From Dehalococcoidia bacterium (GTDB taxonomy: Bacteria; Chloroflexota; Dehalococcoidia; GIF9; AB-539-J10): a stretch of 64,000 bases of DNA. The translations under genes and the position numbers were made by a program. A model generated the notes under the pieces. It ran no database searches and had not been told where the DNA came from. It saw nothing but the letters and a program-made list of their open reading frames with translations. The stretch lies in contig JAUWYX010000004.1 of NCBI GenBank assembly GCA_030615625.1, positions 76,708-140,707 of the forward strand. The letters are read 5' to 3'. Positions 29,090-38,884 of the stretch are shown here, piece after piece (the first letter of the stretch is position 1; the number at the start of each line of letters is the position of its first letter).

Positions 29090-32000
29090 TTATACTCGAC
29101 GAGTCCTGAAGATGAGCACTATTACTACAATCACCAGGGCAGCGCCGATGCCGATGACTACCCATACCCAGTACGGAGTTACCGGCTGGGCTGGGTGCGC
29201 CTCAGCAGTGTGCGCTTCGAGTTCCGCCTGAGTGTCGAAGCACAGACCGTCCTGTGGACAACAGAACGCACCCGTTGGTGCTGTGGTGAAGCTGCCTACG
29301 GCGCTCATGCTTATGACAGCGCCCTCACTGTAGGCGGTCACCTGCCAGTAGTAGGTGGTGCCGTAGTCCAGCGTTCCGGTGTACGTGGTGGCTGTGTTCC
29401 TCAGCCCCTCTTCTTTTTGGACGGGACTGGACAGGTCAGCGTTCTTGGACAGCACCCAGTCGAACTCATCAGCTTCCGCCAGCAAGTCCCAACTGAAGCC
29501 CACGTTCTTTGTACCCACACCCATGGCTCCCGGTTCAGGAGCGACAAGCGTTATTTGTGCGGCTTCTATGCTGGGGGGAACAGTGAAGCTCTCACCCACG
29601 GTCCACCAGCTGTGGATTACCTGACCGGTGGCGGCTTCAGAAGCCCTTACCCTCCAGTAGTAGGTCTGTTCACAGGAAAGTCCTCCAGCTAGTCCTCCCA
29701 TGACGGAGTAACTCGGGATGTCTCCTGTAATGCCACTTATTATGTAGTCCGTCGCGGGATCGCCTTCCGCATTTACCTGCACCGGCATGGTGAATTCCTC
29801 GTCCAGTGCGAACTGTATCTCATACACGCAAGCATCGCACAGGCCGTCCCAGGTCAGGGTAAATGGCGCGCTGTAACATGAACAGGGGTCGGCTTTGACT
29901 TCAGGGGTTTCAGTATCGGGAGCCTTCTTGGCATAGCAGTCCTCAAAGGTCCAGACGCTGCCGGCTTCGTTGTCTACGAAGTCATAGTCATGGCGGTCAA
30001 TGGCAAAGAGCTTGGTGTTGCTGTCTGCCGTCAGGCAGCCGCAAATCTTCAGTGCGTCGGGCCACGCTTCGAAGCTCTCTACATCAACGGTTAGTCCCAT
30101 CCACAGGAAGTCCCAGGTGAGACAGGTCACGCATACTGTAACCTCACGCTCGAGAGAGCGGGCTACGCCGGTGAACATAGTCATCTCGTAGTCGCCCCAA
30201 TAGCTGGCGTAGATAACGCCGCCGTTCTCAGCGTCGGTGTAGGGATTGCCCGGTCTATCCACGACCAGTCCGGTGAAGTTCACCTCTACGGGCTCATCAT
30301 CGTCCGTGTCTGCGTCGTAAATACCGATCTGCCACTCTCGAGGCTCGGCTTTGAGGTCCATCCAATCTGTGCTTTCGCCAATGACCCACTTATAAATACC
30401 GTTCTCAGTTCCGGGGGCTTCGGCTAAGGCAGCGTAGATTACATCGTTGGCGTCGAAGTAGGTGTCGAAGGCCACTGTAACGTAGCCACCGGTGGTGACA
30501 TCCTCCAACGCGGTGAATGTTTCACCGCCATCGTCGGAGTAGGCAACATCTCCATCATTGCCGCCGACCAGTACGTAGTCGCCCCAAACGGCGATGGTAT
30601 AACCATCAGCGACCTCGCTGTCGACTGATTCATGCCAGCCGATAGCATAGTCATCGGACATGGCAACATCGCCACCGTTATCCAGGGCAAAGATGGTCTC
30701 CTTGTCCAGCACTGCCAGGTCTACGATATTGTCTACAGAGGCACTTCCAAAGTCCCAGCAAGCCAGGCCTTCCAGCTCATTCCAGTAGACGTTATCGGTA
30801 TAGTAGTCAAAGAGATAGACGGTATCGCCGGTCGTTTCCTCGGGATTTAGCCTGAGTATGCCGGCTTCTAAAGTGCCATCCCCCCACGCGGCGCCCTCGA
30901 GCGAGCCGTGCCAGACGCGAAGCCAGTGTTCGCTGTATTCGCTGTATCCAAATTCGGGAAGGTCATCGCCGTACAGCCAGACGCTGTCGCAGCCGCAACC
31001 CCTCCCATCATCGTTAACACTGACCACCCAGGTCTTGTTGCAGTCGGGCGACACGGCGACATCGGAGAAGTAGTTAATATTGGTGTCAATCAAACTGAGC
31101 TGGTTCCAGACATCTCCGTCGTCGAAGCTTACCGACCAGGCGCCCTCGTCATATAATTGCCCCCCCATAGGTGGACCCAGGGCAACAGCATAAGCCTTGT
31201 CGGCGCTTACGAAGAATGCCGCCATGGCAAGTCTCCCCGAGGGTGGCTTGCAGGCCTCTTCCCAGGGCAGGCAGCAGATGTCCATATTGGTGATTTGAGT
31301 GTTGCGGTAGACGTCCACGCCCTCGCAGCACGCTGCAAGCACTGGAAGTCCCATCGCCATTGTTCCGTCGCCCAGCAGGCCGGCTATAGCCTTACCTTCA
31401 GCTATGTAGCCCAGGTAATGGACGTTGGTCAGCCAGGGTGTGCCATCTATCTGCTGGTTGACTTCCATGACAGACTTGTTTTTCACACGGAATATCTTGC
31501 CCACTGCTGTGGGCCCGGCAGCAATGTAGTTCACGTTTACCCAGGCATACCTCTTATCTGAGTTCCGGCCGGAGTAGTCCAGGGGCAGTGTTATGCCCGC
31601 TGTCGCTGCGCCAAGGGTTATCCATGGGATGTTTATGCCTAAACCACTGACTACAGCCACAGCATCGATGGCCAGAATTGAGTCCAGGTTCCAGCCTTCG
31701 CTGGTTCCCCAGGTGCCGCATTGGAGGTAGAGTGTGCCAGGGGCGTCAACGGTGGCAACCAGGATGGTCTTGTCCGCAGCCCAGCTGGGGGCGAATTTGA
31801 TGTCAACAACGGCTTCAGAGATGAAGGCAGGCCCAGCAGGCGGGTACTCCTCATCCCAGCCTGAATAGTCCGTAGTATCTGTGGCATCTTCCCAGTTACT
31901 GGCCGAAGCTCCGGTAGCCGTGGAGCGCCAGAGCTCGGCGGTACCCCCATCGGTGCCGCCGATAGCCATGTCACGCTTGCCAGCCACTTCTGGGGAGACT

Positions 32001-32536
32001 TCGAGTTCATAGACCCAAGCGGGGTTCATGAACGCCGTCATAAAGGCACCGGTGTCCTCGAAGTTGTCCCCACCGTCATCGGAGATAAACACATGCACGG
32101 TGGTCCCAGGTATATCGAGGGCAACAGCCACGAAGTCGGCGTCCACGCCATCCGTGGCCACTTTCAGCAATGTTAAACCGGTCACGCCGGCCTCGTCCTC
32201 TATTGCATCGGTGATGTCCTTCCAGGTGGCGGCGCCGTCATCTGACTTCAACAGACAGAATCCTTCAAGTGAGAGGTCTCCGTCCATATCAAAATCGCTA
32301 TCGACGATAGCGTAGGCCACGTCTCCGCCGTCAGCCACGGCAAAATCGACGATTGTGGAGTTGGGTGCCATGAGCCAGTCGTCTATGGTGGGAGTAGTGA
32401 CCCGCGTCCAGTCGCTGAGACCGGGGTCGGCACTCACCTTGTGGGCTGGTATCGCTACAATTATCAAACTTATGGCCAGTGCCGCAGCGATGAATAAATA
32501 CATCGCCTTGGCTGGCCACGCTCTTGCTTTAATCAT
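29090..32536 (-). CDS. large secreted surface protein (beta-propeller/BNR-like repeats, two FN3-like modules, C-terminal TM anchor)
   Basis: 1148 aa with a signal peptide and Trp/Gly/Asp-rich repeats. YYWRV/YYWQV FN3-like modules resemble the C-termini of the 24409 and 26068 proteins. Ends in a TM helix plus RTRRV. Confidence 0.6.
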   Translation of the reverse strand: MIKARAWPAKAMYLFIAAALAISLIIVAIPAHKVSADPGLSDWTRVTTPTIDDWLMAPNSTIVDFAVADGGDVAYAIVDSDFDMDGDLSLEGFCLLKSDDGAATWKDITDAIEDEAGVTGLTLLKVATDGVDADFVAVALDIPGTTVHVFISDDGGDNFEDTGAFMTAFMNPAWVYELEVSPEVAGKRDMAIGGTDGGTAELWRSTATGASASNWEDATDTTDYSGWDEEYPPAGPAFISEAVVDIKFAPSWAADKTILVATVDAPGTLYLQCGTWGTSEGWNLDSILAIDAVAVVSGLGINIPWITLGAATAGITLPLDYSGRNSDKRYAWVNVNYIAAGPTAVGKIFRVKNKSVMEVNQQIDGTPWLTNVHYLGYIAEGKAIAGLLGDGTMAMGLPVLAACCEGVDVYRNTQITNMDICCLPWEEACKPPSGRLAMAAFFVSADKAYAVALGPPMGGQLYDEGAWSVSFDDGDVWNQLSLIDTNINYFSDVAVSPDCNKTWVVSVNDDGRGCGCDSVWLYGDDLPEFGYSEYSEHWLRVWHGSLEGAAWGDGTLEAGILRLNPEETTGDTVYLFDYYTDNVYWNELEGLACWDFGSASVDNIVDLAVLDKETIFALDNGGDVAMSDDYAIGWHESVDSEVADGYTIAVWGDYVLVGGNDGDVAYSDDGGETFTALEDVTTGGYVTVAFDTYFDANDVIYAALAEAPGTENGIYKWVIGESTDWMDLKAEPREWQIGIYDADTDDDEPVEVNFTGLVVDRPGNPYTDAENGGVIYASYWGDYEMTMFTGVARSLEREVTVCVTCLTWDFLWMGLTVDVESFEAWPDALKICGCLTADSNTKLFAIDRHDYDFVDNEAGSVWTFEDCYAKKAPDTETPEVKADPCSCYSAPFTLTWDGLCDACVYEIQFALDEEFTMPVQVNAEGDPATDYIISGITGDIPSYSVMGGLAGGLSCEQTYYWRVRASEAATGQVIHSWWTVGESFTVPPSIEAAQITLVAPEPGAMGVGTKNVGFSWDLLAEADEFDWVLSKNADLSSPVQKEEGLRNTATTYTGTLDYGTTYYWQVTAYSEGAVISMSAVGSFTTAPTGAFCCPQDGLCFDTQAELEAHTAEAHPAQPVTPYWVWVVIGIGAALVIVVIVLIFRTRRV

Positions 32537-32684
32537 TATTTCCTCCTTATATAGGTATCCAACTTATCTTCACTCTCGCCTGAGGTCGACCCCTCCAGGC
32601 TCGAGTCATTGGAAACATTTTCTTCAGTAAACCTAGTTTTAAGCCTGCCTCATTTCAGGCTGCCCTTCTTGATTTTCTGTATCC

Positions 32685-32746
32685 GTAGTGCGACCCTTCA
32701 GGGTCGTGCCCTTTTTATTCTGCACGAGGCTAAAGCCCCGCACTAC
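32685..32746. repeat. REP element (family A)
   Basis: Same consensus as the other family-A copies. Confidence 0.8.
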
Positions 32747-32809
32747 ATCAGATTTCGTTTTTAGCTTATGCCCGGGCCAGGCATCGTTCTCTTCCCCTTG
32801 CGAATCCTT

Positions 32810-32845
32810 GAGATTGCTTCGTCGCCTTCGACTCCTCGCAATAAC
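32810..32845 (-). repeat. family-B element (reverse orientation)
   Basis: gagattgcttcgtcgccttcgactcctcgcaataac. Confidence 0.6.
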
Positions 32846-32957
32846 ACACTACAGAAGGCTTCTCGCAATATCGACTCGCTTCGGGACTTTGCCATAGGCA
32901 TCACCTCCTTTCTATTTTATTAACGTCATTCTGAGGAATCCTGTTACATCAGCATAC

Positions 32958-32985
32958 TCGCACGAGGCTAAAGCCTCGCACTACA
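32958..32985. repeat. partial REP element (3' half)
   Basis: Only cacgaggctaaagcctcgcactac is present. Confidence 0.6.
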
Positions 32986-33353
32986 CTAGCTTCCCTCCAG
33001 AATGACAGGCAAATGTCCTTAAACAGTATTCAATTATTAAAGTTCAAACAAACTCTCAAATCAATGCCAAAAGCCATAACAAAAGGCTAAGGCCTTCCTA
33101 ACCTTTAACTTTAAAACTATATAGTCTATTTTGTCAATAGGTAATCAGTAACTTACCCCAAAGATAACTTAACTTTACCAGAAATAACTTAAGTTTATTA
33201 TAGCCGCCAGCTTTCTTTTGTCAATATGCCTAATAAAGCGAGGTATCATGTGGCGGGCATACGCCACTGAACAATGACAAATGACAAAGCCCAAATAGCA
33301 AATAAAGCTCAAGGCCAAAATCCCAATTCCAAAGCATCAAATCCCAAGGCTTT

Positions 33354-33411
33354 GTAGTGCGACCTTTTAAGGTCGTGCAATGGCCTGGCACGAGGCTGAA
33401 GCCTCGCACTA
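33354..33411. repeat. REP element (family A)
   Basis: gtagtgcgaccttttaaggtcgtgc...cacgaggctgaagcctcgcactac. Confidence 0.8.
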
Positions 33412-33459
33412 CAAATTTAGCGGTGTGGGACAAAAATCCCTTGCTAAATTAGAACATAA

Positions 33460-33831
33460 GTGCTAATTTATACTCAACATGGAAGAAAGATTCGGCGAAG
33501 CCGAATGGGTAATGAGGAACGGAATATGGAAAGTAAATTGATGTGGGATTTATTGCCCGAGGAATTCCACTACGAAGATAAGGGTTGTGAGCTCTTTTCC
33601 TCCTGTCTTAACTGCCCCTTTCCTGATTGCCTTAAAGAAGAGCCCTGGGGGAAGGAGAGGTTCTTAAAGAGCAGGCGAGCCGAGAGGATGATGGAGTTGA
33701 AACGAGAAGGGAAAAGCGTTAAGGAGATTGCCCGCATATTTGAGGTGAGCCCGAGAACGGTGCAGAGATGGCTGAAGGCGGTGGAAGAAGCCTCGCAAAA
33801 TCAAAAATCAAAATGCAAAGTACAAAAGTAA
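33460..33831 (+). CDS. small Cys-rich HTH DNA-binding protein (possible small terminase/regulator)
   Basis: CxxC...CPFPDC cluster and a C-terminal HTH (KSVKEIARIFEVSPRTVQRWLK). First gene of the phage-like module. The last roughly 13 codons derive from a family-C repeat. Confidence 0.5.
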   Translation: MLIYTQHGRKIRRSRMGNEERNMESKLMWDLLPEEFHYEDKGCELFSSCLNCPFPDCLKEEPWGKERFLKSRRAERMMELKREGKSVKEIARIFEVSPRTVQRWLKAVEEASQNQKSKCKVQK

Positions 33832-33880
33832 ATTTTTGGGTTTTGCTCTGTAATTTTGATATTTAACTTTTGATCCTTGA
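33790..33880. repeat. family-C element overlapping the 3' end of the HTH gene
   Basis: Arms caaaatcaaaaatcaaaatgcaaagtacaaaag ... gctctgtaattttgatatttaacttttgatcc. Confidence 0.6.
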
Positions 33881-35390
33881 ACTGTTTTTAGAGATGACTG
33901 ACTTTAACCCATCCCATCTGAACCGCATGGACACCCAGCGCCTCGCCGCTTACCGCTCCAACCTTGATTTCTACCAGGGCACCCACTGGCCCACGCAGTC
34001 ACGCCACCGTCAGCTTGTCTTTAACTACGCTAAGGTATCCATAGACAAGCTAACCAGCTTCCTTATGCCGGGACTCGGCTTCGCCTGTTATCCCGTAGCC
34101 GACGTTGCCAGCGATAGCGAAGCAATCGAAGCCAGAGTAAGGCGAGCCGAGCAACTCCTTCGCCAGGTATATGAGCAGAACAACCTCCAGCAGCTCGATT
34201 ACGAGACCGAGATTGACACCGCCGTCTTGGGAGACGGCTGCTACAAGGTGATGTGGGATACCGAAGAGAAGCGTATCCGTATCACCGCCCCCGATGTCTC
34301 AGGCATCTATGCCTGGTGGCTTGGAGATGACACCTCGCGGGTCTGGAGGATAGCTTCAAGATACACGCTTACCTGGGATGAAATCCAGATGCTTTACGGT
34401 GATGTCATTGCGAGCGTAGCGAAGCAATCTCAGGGGATTGCCACGTCGCCCCGATTCATCGGGGCTCCTCGCAATGACGGAGGGACGTCATTGCGAGGCA
34501 CGCCAGTGCCGAAGCAATCCCAAGGAAAGAACAGAGTCGTGGTAACCGAGCTCTGGACGGATAAGGCCTTTGACCTTTACCTGGACAACGATCTCATAGG
34601 GTCCAGACCCAATCCCTATGGCTTTATCCCCTTTATCATCTTCCCCAACATCAGGGACCCCAAGCACTTCTGGGGCGTATCGGATATCCCCAGCATCATC
34701 CAGCCCCAGCGGGAACTCAACCGGGCCTTGAGCCAGCTATCCCGCATCCTGGAGCTGTCAGGCAACCCCATCGCCGTCCTGGAGAACATCGCATCAGCTG
34801 AGGACATCAAGGTCCAGCCCGGGGCCCTGTGGACCATACCGGAGGACGCTAAGGCTTATCTTCTGGACTTACTGCAAGGCGGCGGAGTCAGACTTCATGT
34901 CGATTATATCGATTTGCTATACCGTGCCCTGCACGATGTATCGGAGATGCCCCGGGCTGCCTGGGGAGGCATCGAGAAGGAGTTCTCAGGCACCGCCCTG
35001 AGGATTGAGCTCGGCAGCCTCATTCAGAAGGTGGTGCGAAAACGCACCATCAGGACCAATGTATACCACCAGCGTAATGCCATGATATTAAAGCTGGCTG
35101 AAATGTTTATGAACGAGAACTTTGAAGGAGTGAACCATAGAGTGGTCTGGGGTCCCATCCTGCCTCAGGATATAGATAGGCAGGCCCAGACCGAGCAGCT
35201 CTTGGTCCAGGCGGGAGTCCACAGCCGGAGGACCGCTATGGACGAGATGGGTGTCCAGGACCCCGACGAGGAGTTCAACAGGTGGCTGGAGGAGAGGGAG
35301 AGGATACTACAGATGAATCAGGAGTTCAGGGCAACATCCACACGTGGCGGAGCGAGAGAGAGCGGTAGCCGCGGAGATGGAAGTGCCTGA
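33870..35390 (+). CDS. phage portal protein
   Basis: 506 aa, sized and positioned upstream of scaffold and capsid genes. Contains three in-frame family-B repeat insertions (34414-34520). Confidence 0.6.
   Translation: MILELFLEMTDFNPSHLNRMDTQRLAAYRSNLDFYQGTHWPTQSRHRQLVFNYAKVSIDKLTSFLMPGLGFACYPVADVASDSEAIEARVRRAEQLLRQVYEQNNLQQLDYETEIDTAVLGDGCYKVMWDTEEKRIRITAPDVSGIYAWWLGDDTSRVWRIASRYTLTWDEIQMLYGDVIASVAKQSQGIATSPRFIGAPRNDGGTSLRGTPVPKQSQGKNRVVVTELWTDKAFDLYLDNDLIGSRPNPYGFIPFIIFPNIRDPKHFWGVSDIPSIIQPQRELNRALSQLSRILELSGNPIAVLENIASAEDIKVQPGALWTIPEDAKAYLLDLLQGGGVRLHVDYIDLLYRALHDVSEMPRAAWGGIEKEFSGTALRIELGSLIQKVVRKRTIRTNVYHQRNAMILKLAEMFMNENFEGVNHRVVWGPILPQDIDRQAQTEQLLVQAGVHSRRTAMDEMGVQDPDEEFNRWLEERERILQMNQEFRATSTRGGARESGSRGDGSA
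34414..34520 (+). repeat. three family-B elements (forward, reverse, forward) inside the portal ORF
   Basis: Copies at 34414-34441, 34449-34478 (reverse) and 34497-34520. All are translated in-frame (VIASVAKQSQG...SPRFIGAPRND...SLRGTPVPKQSQ). Confidence 0.75.
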
Positions 35391-35409
35391 ATAATAAGCT
35401 CACCCCCTT

Positions 35410-35439
35410 GTCATTGCAAGGCGAAGCCGAAGCAATCTC
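35410..35439 (+). repeat. family-B element (intergenic)
   Basis: gtcattgcaaggcgaagccgaagcaatctc. Confidence 0.7.
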
Positions 35440-35459
35440 AAGAGGAATAGGAGAAATGT

Positions 35460-35963
35460 ATGGAAAACGAAAACGAGGAAACCCAGGAAACCCCTGCCCT
35501 GAGCGAAGTCGAAGGGACCAATGAGGTTTCCACCCCCGGGGACCTGGAGGCGATCACGGCACAGCTCGAGGAGGAAAAGAAGGCCAAGGCCGCCGCTGAG
35601 GCAGCCCTGGCCGAGAAGGATGCCCGCATCGCCGAGCTGCAAGCCGAAGGCGAAGCATTGCGAGCCGAAGGCGTGGCAATCTCTGAAGCCCACGCTCAGG
35701 CCGTCACCAAATACCTCGATGCCGTCAGGGCTGCTAATCCCACTATTCCCCGGGACATCATCGCCGGCGGCACCATCGAGGACATAGACGCCTCGGTCGA
35801 GAAGGCTCAGTCCATCGCCAGCGCTGTCAGGCAGTCCTTAGAGGCTGAGGCCAAAGAGGCTAAGGTCCCCGCGGGAGCACCAGCCAGGGGCGAGATATCC
35901 CTTGAGGGCTTAACCCCCAGGGAGAAGATCGCCGCTGGAATACAACAAGGAAGTCAAGGATAA
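35460..35963 (+). CDS. phage scaffolding-like protein
   Basis: 167-aa acidic Ala/Glu-rich coiled-coil protein between portal and capsid. Contains an in-frame family-B copy (35655-35683). Confidence 0.5.
   Translation: MENENEETQETPALSEVEGTNEVSTPGDLEAITAQLEEEKKAKAAAEAALAEKDARIAELQAEGEALRAEGVAISEAHAQAVTKYLDAVRAANPTIPRDIIAGGTIEDIDASVEKAQSIASAVRQSLEAEAKEAKVPAGAPARGEISLEGLTPREKIAAGIQQGSQG
35655..35683 (+). repeat. family-B element inside scaffold ORF
   Basis: gcattgcgagccgaaggcgtggcaatctc, translated as ALRAEGVAIS. Confidence 0.7.
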
Positions 35964-36050
35964 AAATGCAAAACGCAAAAATACAGGGCAAAAATCAAAA
36001 ATTTTTCGTTTTGCTTTGTCATTTTGGTCTTTTATCTTTGATTTTTAATT
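35957..36050. repeat. family-C element between scaffold and capsid genes
   Basis: Arms aaaatgcaaaacgcaaaaatacagggcaaaaatcaaaaat ... tttgctttgtcattttggtcttttatctttgatttttaatttt. Confidence 0.7.
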
Positions 36051-36066
36051 TTGAACAGGAGGAAAT

Positions 36067-37140
36067 ATGAGTATATCTTTAGCAGAAGCAAGTAAGCTCT
36101 CGACCGATATCCTGCTTAAAGGAATCATCGAGACCATCGTCAAGGGCAGCCCCATCTTACAGGAGCTGCCCTTCATCCAGATCGTGGGCAATAGCCTGAA
36201 GTACAACCGGGAGAAGACTTTGCCCACCGTGGCCTGGTACTCCCCGGTAACCGACACCTGGACGACCTCTGAGCCGGCTTTCGAGCAGTGCTCTGCCAGC
36301 CTCTGCGTCCTTGGCGGAGACGCCGATGTTGACAACTTCCTCAAGGCCACCAGGAGTAATATCCAGGACCTCGAGGCCGCTGTCATCGAACAGAAGGCCA
36401 AGGCCTTGAGGAACGAGTTTGAGAACACCTTCCTGAACGGCGACTCGAGTGTGGACGCCAACCAACCCGATGGTCTGTATAAGACCATGAAGGGCACAGC
36501 CTGGGAGGCCACTACTGCCTATTCCCTGGGTGACATCGTCGTCCCCACTGCTGGCAAGGAGAATGGCTTCCGTTACGAGTGCACCACCGCCGGCACTTCT
36601 GGCTCAACAGAGCCCACTTGGAAGACTACCGAGGGAGAGACCAACTCCGACGGCACCGTCGTCTGGACCTGCCGGCTCGGCAACCACCTCGGCATGGCAG
36701 CGAACGGCGCCACCCTTGCCCTCGGCAAAATCGACCAGCTCATTGACCTGGTCAGAGGGGGCAAGCCCGACCTGCTCTTAATGAGCCGCCGGTCCCGGAG
36801 GAAGATCGCAGCCTTAGCCAGAGCCGCTGGATCCAATCTTCAAGTCGGACAGGGTAAGCTCGGCGAGTTCGTCGAGCTCTATAACGGCATCCCCGTCGCC
36901 ATCTCCGACTGGGTCAAGGACAACTACACCGTGGGCACGTCCAGCGATTGTTCGGCCATGTTCGCCTTCCAGATGGGAGAGGGCGCCGTCTGCGGTCTTA
37001 CCAGCCCCGAGGTGATTCAGGTCGAGCGTCTCGGCTCCCTGGAGACCAAGGACGCTTCCCGGACCAGGGTCAAGTGGTATGTATCACTGGCAAACTTTTC
37101 CATCGTCAAGGCCGCCATGCTGACAGGAGTGAGAGACTAA
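36067..37140 (+). CDS. phage major capsid protein (HK97-fold family)
   Basis: 357 aa beginning LSTDILLKGIIETIVKGSPILQELPFIQ, typical of Phage_capsid family members. An AGGAGG RBS sits at 36057-36062. Confidence 0.7.
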   Translation: MSISLAEASKLSTDILLKGIIETIVKGSPILQELPFIQIVGNSLKYNREKTLPTVAWYSPVTDTWTTSEPAFEQCSASLCVLGGDADVDNFLKATRSNIQDLEAAVIEQKAKALRNEFENTFLNGDSSVDANQPDGLYKTMKGTAWEATTAYSLGDIVVPTAGKENGFRYECTTAGTSGSTEPTWKTTEGETNSDGTVVWTCRLGNHLGMAANGATLALGKIDQLIDLVRGGKPDLLLMSRRSRRKIAALARAAGSNLQVGQGKLGEFVELYNGIPVAISDWVKDNYTVGTSSDCSAMFAFQMGEGAVCGLTSPEVIQVERLGSLETKDASRTRVKWYVSLANFSIVKAAMLTGVRD

Positions 37141-37160
37141 TGTCCATGCCAGGCAGGAAT

Positions 37161-37199
37161 GTCATTGCGAGCCCCGATTTATCGGGGCGTGGCAATCTC
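37161..37199 (+). repeat. family-B element (intergenic, full length with inner hairpin)
   Basis: gtcattgcgagc-cccgatttatcgggg-cgtggcaatctc. Confidence 0.8.
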
Positions 37200-37233
37200 C
37201 TGGCGTGCGTTTCAACCTCCTTTGTATCGAGGC

Positions 37234-37260
37234 GGGAGGGGGAAGGTCGAGCCCCCTCCC
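37234..37260 (+). terminator. GC-rich stem-loop downstream of capsid gene
   Basis: gggaggggg-aaggtcgag-ccccctccc forms a perfect 9-bp stem, but no U-tract follows. Confidence 0.3.
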
Positions 37261-37298
37261 TACCTCAGTGCGCATCGATGCGTATTGCGAGGTGAACC

Positions 37299-37889
37299 GT
37301 GAACTTAACCGAAATGAGAGCCCGGGTCCGTGAGGACCTCCAGGACACCGACAGCCAGAACTACCGCTGGACGGACGATGAAGTAGACGGAGCCATCGAG
37401 AGGGTTGTCATGGAGTACTCCCTCCATGCCCCTATCGAGCAGCAGGATGATATAGCCACCACCGACGGAGATACTGAGCTCGATATCTCCTCCCTCACAG
37501 GCTTGCTCAAAATCGAGTCAGTCGAGTTCCCTATCGGCCAGGCTCCTAAATATCTCCAGCGGACCGAGTACTGGGCCGGCCACTTTTATATGGAGGACGA
37601 AGGTGACGGAGAAGACGCCCGTGTAAGATGGCTTAAGAAGCACACCCTGGACGCCGAGTTCACCACCATCCCCGCCGAGCACGAGGAGATTATCGTTTTG
37701 GGCGCCACTGGCTACCTGGCCATGTCGGCAGCCGCTTATACTGTGGACAGGGCCAGCATCGCCGGCCGCCACGCCACCATCAACTACAAGGCCTGGGGCA
37801 AGGAACGGCTGAGCCGCTACGACAAGAAGCTTAAGCAGATTGCCCAGGGAAACCGAGTAATCCAGAGGCAGCTCTACACCGAAGATTAA
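37299..37889 (+). CDS. phage head-tail connector-like protein
   Basis: 196 aa. The N-terminus (MNLTEMRARVREDLQDTD...DDEVDGAIERV) resembles gp6-type connector/adaptor proteins. Confidence 0.4.
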   Translation: MNLTEMRARVREDLQDTDSQNYRWTDDEVDGAIERVVMEYSLHAPIEQQDDIATTDGDTELDISSLTGLLKIESVEFPIGQAPKYLQRTEYWAGHFYMEDEGDGEDARVRWLKKHTLDAEFTTIPAEHEEIIVLGATGYLAMSAAAYTVDRASIAGRHATINYKAWGKERLSRYDKKLKQIAQGNRVIQRQLYTED

Positions 37890-37980
37890 AATGCAAAATG
37901 AAAAGAGCGAAAACACAGAGCAAAAATCAGAATCTTTACATTTTAATCTGTCATTTTGATTTTTGACTTTTGAGGTTTGA
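37890..37980. repeat. family-C element
   Basis: Arms aaaatgcaaaatgaaaagagcgaaaacacagagcaaaaatcag ... attttaatctgtcattttgatttttgacttttg. Confidence 0.7.
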
Positions 37981-37983
37981 TTT

Positions 37984-38193
37984 ATGTTGGAAGTCGGCAT
38001 CCTCAAAAACTTCGACGGGGGTACCTACAAGGCCGGCGTTCAGCTCGCAGGGTCCTTGACTACCTATTTCGACAACCTTAATGTCGCCCGGAATATTGCC
38101 TCGGCCGAGATGGTAACCGGCCGCCACGTAATCCTGGCGATCCCCGAGGGAAACCCAAGGGACGCCGTAGTCATCGCAGTATTCACCGTATAA
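37984..38193 (+). CDS. hypothetical phage-module protein
   Basis: 69-aa ORF inside the structural cluster. Confidence 0.35.
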   Translation: MLEVGILKNFDGGTYKAGVQLAGSLTTYFDNLNVARNIASAEMVTGRHVILAIPEGNPRDAVVIAVFTV

Positions 38194-38202
38194 GGAGGAA
38201 CC

Positions 38203-38547
38203 GTGCCTAAATCAAGAGTAAAGGAAGCAGTAGAAAAAGAGAAGACCAAAGAGGGACTACCCAGGGAAGCCTTCGCCATCGTCGGCGACCCCCAGGATCC
38301 TGAGACCTGGAAGCTCCCCCACCACACCAGGGCCATCATGCGCGCCCTCCAGGGAAGGCTCGATATCGAGAGGACCGTGGACTGGGACCGCATGCCTGCA
38401 GCCGTCGCCGCCCTCAGCCGGGGCGGTTACCGCGGGGAGAGGGTCCAGGCCTCAGAGGAGGACATCATCCAGGCCGCCCGGCATTTAGCCAGGCACTATG
38501 AAAAGGCTGGGAAGTCCGTCCCCGACACCCTGGGCGCCCTGATTTAA
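38203..38547 (+). CDS. hypothetical phage-module protein
   Basis: 114-aa ORF. Confidence 0.4.
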   Translation: MPKSRVKEAVEKEKTKEGLPREAFAIVGDPQDPETWKLPHHTRAIMRALQGRLDIERTVDWDRMPAAVAALSRGGYRGERVQASEEDIIQAARHLARHYEKAGKSVPDTLGALI

Positions 38548-38650
38548 CATAACCATACTCAGGAACGAAACCCATGAGTGTAATAAGTGGCAAAAGGGGA
38601 AAGAGGGGCTTTCTCGAGCCTCTCAGAGCCTGTTCAGCAAAGGAGGAAAC

Positions 38651-38884
38651 ATGCCGGAGGAACAGAACAAAGCTAGTCCCAACCTCGTGACGGTCTTTTG
38701 CGATTTTTTCCGAGCCGCCACCAGGCCTGTTGTTACCGTCATTTTCGCCGCCGTCATCGCCCAGGTCGTCATCGACAGAATCGACGCCCCCCAGTGGTTC
38801 CTGGGCCTGGCCATCCCAATAATTGGCTGGTGGTTTACCGAGCGGACGGTGCAGCACATCAAGGAGAAGAAGGAGCAAAGCTAA
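38651..38884 (+). CDS. small two-TM membrane protein (holin-like)
   Basis: 77 aa with two hydrophobic helices and a charged C-terminus. Confidence 0.35.
   Translation: MPEEQNKASPNLVTVFCDFFRAATRPVVTVIFAAVIAQVVIDRIDAPQWFLGLAIPIIGWWFTERTVQHIKEKKEQS

Noticed and set aside
28959-32630. Plus-strand ORFs (up to 221 aa) opposite the 1148-aa surface-protein gene
   Set aside because: They are embedded antisense within a long, well-supported minus-strand ORF. Their composition is low-complexity Pro/Ser/Thr/Ala, typical of antisense readings.
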